DNA of 64,000 nt from the NCBI GenBank assembly GCA_965262455.1, contig CBDHFH010000008.1:1219911-1283910 (forward strand), in the 5' to 3' direction. The first letter of the stretch is position 1. Each line of letters begins with the position of its first letter. This document shows positions 55,271 to 64,000 of this stretch, piece after piece. The position numbers and the translations under genes were made by a program. The notes beneath the pieces were generated by a model. The model saw only the letters and a list, made by a program, of their open reading frames with translations. It ran no database searches and was not told where the DNA came from. The DNA comes from Gammaproteobacteria bacterium (GTDB taxonomy: Bacteria; Pseudomonadota; Gammaproteobacteria; UBA4575).

Positions 55271-55686
55271 AGTTTTTTTTGAAAAATGTATGACTGGTCT
55301 TTAAAACACTTAAATTCTAAAAAGTTGTTGCTTGGATCTTGAATAAAAAAAGTCCGTTGTTCACCTACCTGGCCTTGGAATCGTGTATAAGGATCAACAT
55401 AAAAAGCGACATCTAACGACTTAATATTTTCTACCAGCTCATCCCATGTTTGCCATGAAAGTATCACACCAAAATGCCTGGCAGGGATGCTTTGATTGTC
55501 AACTTCGTTATAGGCAACATCAGTCTGGCAAGATTCATCTAAATGTGCTGTTATTTGGTGCCCGTAAAAATTAAAGTCGATCCACCTGTCACTCTCACGT
55601 CCTACCTGGCACTTTAATACATGAGTATAAAAGTCCTTGATTGACTCAAGATTAGCGACCGGAAAAGCCAGATGAAATGGTGTCAT
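55267..55686 (-). CDS. VOC-family (glyoxalase / extradiol dioxygenase fold) protein
   Basis: About 139 aa from the internal Met (MTPFHLAFPV...). The paired beta-alpha-beta-beta-beta modules and HLAF/HFGV pattern are typical of VOC enzymes. The 36-codon upstream extension of the ORF would overlap tsaB. Confidence 0.6.
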   Translation of the reverse strand: MTPFHLAFPVANLESIKDFYTHVLKCQVGRESDRWIDFNFYGHQITAHLDESCQTDVAYNEVDNQSIPARHFGVILSWQTWDELVENIKSLDVAFYVDPYTRFQGQVGEQRTFFIQDPSNNFLEFKCFKDQSYIFQKKL

Positions 55687-55702
55687 ATTATAGTCATCAG
55701 AA

Positions 55703-56377
55703 CTAAGACGTTTTTTGAACAACTTGATTGCGCAAATATACAGGCAATGCATCCATGGCCTCGACCATAGCATCAGTATGGTATTTTCGCCCACCGAGTT
55801 GCGCGGTCACTGATGCTCTTGGTAGCGCTTGACCATTAATAGCGTGTGCAGCGAGATTGAATTTCATACTTAGCACATCGTGATACGTTGACCACCCTGA
55901 CCCCAAGCCACAGACAATATCACTCATGTTTTCGACTTCATGAGGTAACTGAACATTTTCATCACTAACAAGCACCATGTCACCTTGGTCATCTTTCTCA
56001 TAGACAGCCCAATAGATTTCTTCCATACGCGCATCGATTGCGGGCACAATGCGCTGTCCAATGTCGCTATCTGCCTGATACGCCAAATTGGCTAAGGTAG
56101 AAATACATGCCACTGGCAAGTCATGCGCCAAAGCAATTGCTTGAGTAACACTTGCGGCAATTCGTAAACCAGTAAACGCACCTGGTCCACAACCAAATGC
56201 AAGTGCATCTAATTGACCGAGCTGAATACCCGCTTCAGATAGCAGTTGTTCACACATGGGTACAATCAGCTCATTATGTTCGCGCGGCGCTAATTGATAG
56301 CGTTCTTGTATTTCACCATCTATACTCAAGGCAGCTGAACATGCCTCTGTTGCCGTTTCAATTGCTAGTAGTTTCAC
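55703..56377 (-). CDS. tsaB: tRNA threonylcarbamoyladenosine biosynthesis protein TsaB
   Basis: 224 aa beginning MKLLAIETATEACSAAL; inactive Kae1/YeaZ family. Confidence 0.85.
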   Translation of the reverse strand: MKLLAIETATEACSAALSIDGEIQERYQLAPREHNELIVPMCEQLLSEAGIQLGQLDALAFGCGPGAFTGLRIAASVTQAIALAHDLPVACISTLANLAYQADSDIGQRIVPAIDARMEEIYWAVYEKDDQGDMVLVSDENVQLPHEVENMSDIVCGLGSGWSTYHDVLSMKFNLAAHAINGQALPRASVTAQLGGRKYHTDAMVEAMDALPVYLRNQVVQKTS

Positions 56378-58286
56378 TGTTATGAATCACTTCTAAAAAT
56401 TGTGTCACATGATCTAGATCGTAACTGATTGTCATCGGTGGCAAACTTTTTATAAAAGCTTGACCATAATTTTTTGTAGTCAGCCTTGGGTCCATAATCA
56501 CAACAACACCACAATCCTGTTCACCTCGTATTAATCGACCAACGCCTTGCTTAAGGTTAAGTATTGCCTGGGGAATTTGGTAATACACAAATGGATTCTC
56601 TCCCGCTTCTTCCAACGCCCTTGAACGCGCGCGCACCAGCGGGTCTGCTGGCGACATGAAGGGTAGCTTATCAATAATCACTAAACGTAAATTTTCCCCT
56701 TTCACATCCACACCTTCCCAAAAACTTTGCGTCCCCAATAATACACACTGATCAGTTTGTTGAAATTGTTTTAACAACTCTCTTTTTGCCGCCGCGCCTT
56801 GTACTAATATATTAAATTGACTATCCGCTAAAAGCTCTGCGGCCAGATTTAATGCCTTATGACTGGTAAATAGCATGAACGCATTGCCTCGACTTGCTTT
56901 TAATAATGGAATGGCTGTTTCTATCACTTCCTTCGTGTAAACCGCTTCATTCGGTTGTGAATTTAATGCAGGCAGATACAGACGTGCTTGTCCCGCATAA
57001 TCATAGGGGCTATCACACATCACACATTCAGCATCATTTAAGCCAAGCTGGTCAGTAAAATGTTTAAAGCTTTGCTTGGCAGTGAGTGTTGCCGAGGTAT
57101 AAATCCATGCACACTGATATTCTTGGATAGCACGCTGGTATGGACCTGACACATTTAAAGGCACACTACCAATTACAAAGCGCCGACGTCCTAACTCAAC
57201 CCATTGAATCGCGTTATGATCAACGCTTTTAAAATCATCTAATAATCCATTAATTTCACCTAAGCGCTTATAAATATGCACTAGAGCTGGAGACTCATTA
57301 GCTATATCGAGTAATTGATCTTCTAATGATAGCAATGCCTGCGCAAGTGCATCAAATGAATCACGCACTGCTTTGACATTGATAACATCACGCCATAATT
57401 CACGCGTGTCTTTTATTTGTTTGGCAATGCTACTATAGAACTTTTCAATGGCATCCAGCACCGCATAATAATTTTTTGTGATTGATGTATTATCCCTGCT
57501 AACCAATGTCGTTTCTTTGTTAATGTCAGCAACAATATCTTGCAATTGGCGACTACTTAAATGACTGCCGAAAAAATTTGGTAGCACTTCTGTAAGTTGG
57601 TGTGCTTCATCCAATACAAACACATCTGCTGTCGGCAATAACTCACCAAATCCTTCCCCTTTAAGCACTAAATCTGCGGCAAGCAGATGATGATTAATCA
57701 CAACCAAATCGGACTCTTGTGCACGTTTGCGTGCTTTTAATACGTGACATTTACTGTATTCGGGGCATTCATTACCTAGGCAATTATCCCGCGTTGAGGT
57801 CACATGCGACCAAATTTCGGATTGTTCAGAAATTTGGTTAACTTCGGCCACATCGCCTGTTTTAGTCACACTCGACCAGTCTTTTATTTCGTAATAGACC
57901 TGAGTGAGTTTGCGATGATCTGTTAGCTCTTGTTCGAAACGTTGAAAACGATATTTACATAGATAATTTGCACGCCCTTTGAGAATTGATGCATTTACTC
58001 TAACTGAAGAGGCTTGCTGCAATAAAGGAAGATCAGTGTAAAAAAGCTGATCTTGAAGATGTCGCGTGCCGGTCGACACCACGACTTTTTTACCAGACAG
58101 TAAGGCAGGAATTAAATAGGCAAACGTCTTGCCTACGCCAGTGCCTGCTTCAACAACTAAAACACTTGCTTGATTAATTGTATTTTCAACAGCACTTGCC
58201 ATAGCCACTTGCTGAGGCCGATATTTAAACCCTTCAATGTTTTGTGCAAGCAGGCCTTGCGAAGAAAAGTAATCTTCAACTAGCAA
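56358..58286 (-). CDS. DinG/YoaA-family ATP-dependent 5'-3' DNA helicase (Rad3-like, Fe-S)
   Basis: 642 aa with Walker A (AGTGVGKT), a DEAH box (VLDEAH) and a cysteine cluster (CLGNECPEYSKCH) for the Fe-S domain. Confidence 0.8.
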   Translation of the reverse strand: MLVEDYFSSQGLLAQNIEGFKYRPQQVAMASAVENTINQASVLVVEAGTGVGKTFAYLIPALLSGKKVVVSTGTRHLQDQLFYTDLPLLQQASSVRVNASILKGRANYLCKYRFQRFEQELTDHRKLTQVYYEIKDWSSVTKTGDVAEVNQISEQSEIWSHVTSTRDNCLGNECPEYSKCHVLKARKRAQESDLVVINHHLLAADLVLKGEGFGELLPTADVFVLDEAHQLTEVLPNFFGSHLSSRQLQDIVADINKETTLVSRDNTSITKNYYAVLDAIEKFYSSIAKQIKDTRELWRDVINVKAVRDSFDALAQALLSLEDQLLDIANESPALVHIYKRLGEINGLLDDFKSVDHNAIQWVELGRRRFVIGSVPLNVSGPYQRAIQEYQCAWIYTSATLTAKQSFKHFTDQLGLNDAECVMCDSPYDYAGQARLYLPALNSQPNEAVYTKEVIETAIPLLKASRGNAFMLFTSHKALNLAAELLADSQFNILVQGAAAKRELLKQFQQTDQCVLLGTQSFWEGVDVKGENLRLVIIDKLPFMSPADPLVRARSRALEEAGENPFVYYQIPQAILNLKQGVGRLIRGEQDCGVVVIMDPRLTTKNYGQAFIKSLPPMTISYDLDHVTQFLEVIHNSETTSN

Positions 58287-58307
58287 TGACTTAATTGTAT
58301 ATGTTAG

Positions 58308-58775
58308 TTACTGTAAAAGCACAACGGCCATTGCCGCAATGCCTTCTTGGCGCCCGACAAAGCCCATATACTCTGTCGTTGTTGCTTTTACGTTTACGTT
58401 TATAGCATCAATAGCGAGATCTTGCGCAATGATTGTTTTCATTTCATCTATATAAGGGCTTACTTTAGGCGTCTGCAAAATGATAGTTGCATCCACATTC
58501 ACAACTGCAAGATTTCGTTCTGTTAGCATGTTAGCGATATCGACAACAAATTCTCGTGAATTTCTATTTTTATTTGCAATATCTTGATCAGAGTAATGAC
58601 GACCAATATCTCCCAAGCCTGCAGCACCCAATAAGGCATCACACAAAGCATGCAACAAGACATCACCATCTGAATGCGCATCTATTCCATGTTCATGCGC
58701 AAGACGTACTCCTCCCAATATAATATGGTCACCCTCAGTAAATCGATGCGCATCAAACCCCTGTCCAATTCTCAT
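58308..58775 (-). CDS. ispF: 2-C-methyl-D-erythritol 2,4-cyclodiphosphate synthase
   Basis: MRIGQGFDAHRF is the conserved IspF N-terminus. It abuts ispD. Confidence 0.9.
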   Translation of the reverse strand: MRIGQGFDAHRFTEGDHIILGGVRLAHEHGIDAHSDGDVLLHALCDALLGAAGLGDIGRHYSDQDIANKNRNSREFVVDIANMLTERNLAVVNVDATIILQTPKVSPYIDEMKTIIAQDLAIDAINVNVKATTTEYMGFVGRQEGIAAMAVVLLQ

Positions 58776-58781
58776 CATCAC

Positions 58782-59489
58782 TCACATATGGTTAAGTAAA
58801 GTTAAGTATGCTTCTGCGGTAGCAATATCTTCTGCATGCGTTACTTTTATGTTTCGCAAATTGCCTTGCACAATACAGGGTTGATAGCCTGCTTTTTCCA
58901 TTGCACTCGCTTCATCAGTAATTATTGCATTACTTTGCAACGCCTGCGTGATTGCCTGGTAGAGTAGTTTAAATTTGAACATTTGCGGAGTGAACGCACA
59001 CCATAAATGCTCCCGATCAAGTGTCCCCAATATTGTATGTTGCTGAACATGCTTGACGGTATCAGTGACCGGCGCCCCTAGGATACCACCCACTTCATGC
59101 GTAGCACATGCTGCTATTAAATTTGCTAAATCTTCTTCAGATAAACATGGGCGCGCTGCATCATGTACAAGCACATAGGCATCTGGGCGTATATCATTTT
59201 GAATCGCATCAAGCGCATTTAATACAGAGTGCGCACGCGTTTCACCACCAGTAACCGTATGGATTTTTTCATGAAAATTATCGAATGATAAGCGCGCAAA
59301 ATGGTCGTCATCTGCATGAAGCGCAAATATGACTTTTTTAATATAGTTATTTTTCAGCAAAGGCTGCGCTGCATATTCAAGAATAGTCTTGCCTTGAATT
59401 TCTAGGTATTGCTTTGGGGTAGATAACTTCATGCGTTGACCTATCCCAGCTGCAGGGATTACAGCCCAACACTCAGACGATTTATTCAT
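58782..59489 (-). CDS. ispD: 2-C-methyl-D-erythritol 4-phosphate cytidylyltransferase
   Basis: 235 aa with the N-terminal nucleotide-binding motif (AVIPAAGIGQRM). Confidence 0.9.
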   Translation of the reverse strand: MNKSSECWAVIPAAGIGQRMKLSTPKQYLEIQGKTILEYAAQPLLKNNYIKKVIFALHADDDHFARLSFDNFHEKIHTVTGGETRAHSVLNALDAIQNDIRPDAYVLVHDAARPCLSEEDLANLIAACATHEVGGILGAPVTDTVKHVQQHTILGTLDREHLWCAFTPQMFKFKLLYQAITQALQSNAIITDEASAMEKAGYQPCIVQGNLRNIKVTHAEDIATAEAYLTLLNHM

Positions 59490-59642
59490 TCACTAGCAGG
59501 CTCTGATAAATTAACAAAGAAATTCACACACGGTATGCAACACGAAAAATAATTACAAAAACTCAGTGTAGGAATAAACACACGAGCATATTAAGTAAAT
59601 ACTAACAATCAATTAGAATTGATTAGTGCTGCTCTTGCTATT

Positions 59643-59936
59643 TTATTGCTTGGTATGGGAAGTATCTTTTTCAATTACCTGAAAAAATGTTTCCCCTTCG
59701 CGAATCATACCCAGCTCCATTCGCGCCCGCTCTTCAATGGCATCGAATCCTGATTTAAGATCTTCAACTTCTGCAGCAAGTACTTCATTACGTTCATACA
59801 GCTGTTGATTAATTGCCGTTTGATTGTCAATACGGCCACTCAGATGAATTAATTTACGCACCCCATCACGGTCAACCCATAACTGGTATTGCAAAAAAAC
59901 AAACGCCGTAATTAAAAATGCAACAAATAGTTTCAT
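59643..59936 (-). CDS. ftsB: Cell division protein FtsB
   Basis: 97 aa with an N-terminal TM segment and a coiled coil. It occupies the eno-ftsB-ispD position. Confidence 0.8.
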   Translation of the reverse strand: MKLFVAFLITAFVFLQYQLWVDRDGVRKLIHLSGRIDNQTAINQQLYERNEVLAAEVEDLKSGFDAIEERARMELGMIREGETFFQVIEKDTSHTKQ

Positions 59937-59956
59937 TGACTGCCGATTAAATTAAC

Positions 59957-61291
<1,335 letters not shown>

Positions 61292-61294
61292 TCA

Positions 61295-62133
61295 TCAAAG
61301 AGATAAGGACGTGTGCTCCATCAATGGCGATGACTTTACGACTTTATCTAAAGCGCAAAGTGTTGATAAAAGTTCGGGCACAAATTTAAGCGGCAAAGAG
61401 TTTGGCCCATCACTCTTGGCTTGTTCAGGGTCGGGGTGGGTTTCTATAAATAAACCAGCAATTCCGACACTAACGGCTGCCCGAGCGAGCACCGGCACAA
61501 ATTCTCTCTGTCCCCCTGAGTGGCTACCCCCACCGCCGGGCAATTGTACCGAATGTGTTGCATCAAAAACTACTGGACATCCCGTCTCGCGCATGATCGC
61601 AATTGAGCGCATATCCGACACTAGATTGCCATAACCGAACGATACCCCCCGCTCACAGACCATTATTTGATCATTACCAGTCGCTTGAGCTTTTGCCACC
61701 ACATGTTTCATATCCCAGGGTGATAAAAATTGTCCTTTTTTGATGTTGACAGGCCGGCCGGCGGCGGCAACTCTTTGAATATAATTAGTTTGTCGGCATA
61801 AAAAAGCGGGTGTTTGTAACACATCTGCGACCTCGGCGACTTCTGCAAGTGGGCTATCTTCATGAACATCAGTAAGAATTGGCAGGCCAAACTCATCTTT
61901 CACTGATTGCAAAATAGCCAATCCTTTATCCACACCTACGCCTCTAAAACTGCTCTGTGAAGTGCGATTGGCTTTATCAAAAGACGATTTATAAATGAAA
62001 GGAATATTAAATTTTTCTGCGGATTCTTTTAATTGCCCCGCAGTCTCCTGTGCTAATGCCAGATTCTCCACCACACAAGGGCCTGCTATGAGGAAGAAGG
62101 GATGTTCCAGCCCCACTTCAAATCCACAAATGT

Positions 62134-62137
<4 letters not shown>
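61295..62137 (-). CDS. kdsA: 3-deoxy-8-phosphooctulonate (KDO-8-phosphate) synthase
   Basis: 280 aa of the DAHP/KDO8P synthase family. It lies in kdsA-eno order downstream of pyrG. Confidence 0.9.
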
Positions 62138-63886
<1,749 letters not shown>

Positions 63887-64000
63887 TCAATATCCTTCTT
63901 GAATCCAATATCCCCACACAAAAATCAACTGATCTTCATGGTACAGCAAAGGAATACGCTCACGCAGCCACGGCTCTACCCCGGCTTCCTGAAATAATGA
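63887..64000 (-). CDS. 3' end of a gene continuing past the right edge. By synteny (accA-tilS-pyrG-kdsA-eno in Pseudomonas-like genomes) it is possibly tilS.
   Basis: The minus-strand frame is open from the window edge to the stop at 63889..63887 and encodes ...SLFQEAGVEPWLRERIPLLYHEDQLIFVWGYWIQEGY*. The identity call rests on gene order only. Confidence 0.3.
   Translation of the reverse strand, partial: SLFQEAGVEPWLRERIPLLYHEDQLIFVWGYWIQEGY

Overview
This is a 64 kb chromosomal window from an AT-rich (roughly 40% GC by eye) gammaproteobacterium. The synteny is Pseudomonas/Legionella-like; I do not assign a species. It is mostly conserved housekeeping backbone read on both strands. The main blocks are: HDOD signalling protein, a tRNA cluster (His, Arg, Pro, Pro), ppiA-lpxH, then purF-cvpA-dedD-folC-accD-trpA-trpB-trpF-truA-fimV-asd-leuB-leuD-leuC-aroC-prmB on the minus strand. 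These are followed by SCO1-psd, the EF-P beta-lysylation module epmA-efp/epmB, a large unknown protein plus a FimX-like REC-PAS-GGDEF-EAL protein, htpX, parC-parE, a lone AddA/RecB-type helicase-nuclease, dsbC, xerD, lptG-lptF, pepA-holC-valS, and a LysE exporter. The window ends with a secreted animal-type haem peroxidase flanked by a small His/Cys-rich secreted protein and a VOC enzyme, then tsaB, a DinG/YoaA helicase, ispF-ispD-ftsB-eno-kdsA-pyrG and the 3' end of a probable tilS. I found no CRISPR array, IS element, phage gene or integrase other than xerD. The points most worth a second look are: (1) pyrG is broken by four single-nucleotide frameshifts within about 600 bp, and SCO1 is split at a GGGG run, while every other gene is intact; (2) a co-oriented pair, a 589-aa unknown protein with a possible PilZ-like C-terminus and a 691-aa FimX-like degenerate GGDEF/EAL protein, lies about 12 kb from fimV and could be a c-di-GMP/type IV pilus polar regulatory module; (3) an animal-haem-peroxidase-family gene with a signal peptide sits in an AT-rich pocket with a near-perfect CRP-type palindrome upstream; (4) a 286-bp segment containing the whole tRNA-Pro gene and the first 19 nt of ppiA is duplicated, and a secreted ORF is embedded in the tRNA cluster; (5) an AddA-like helicase-nuclease has no AddB partner.
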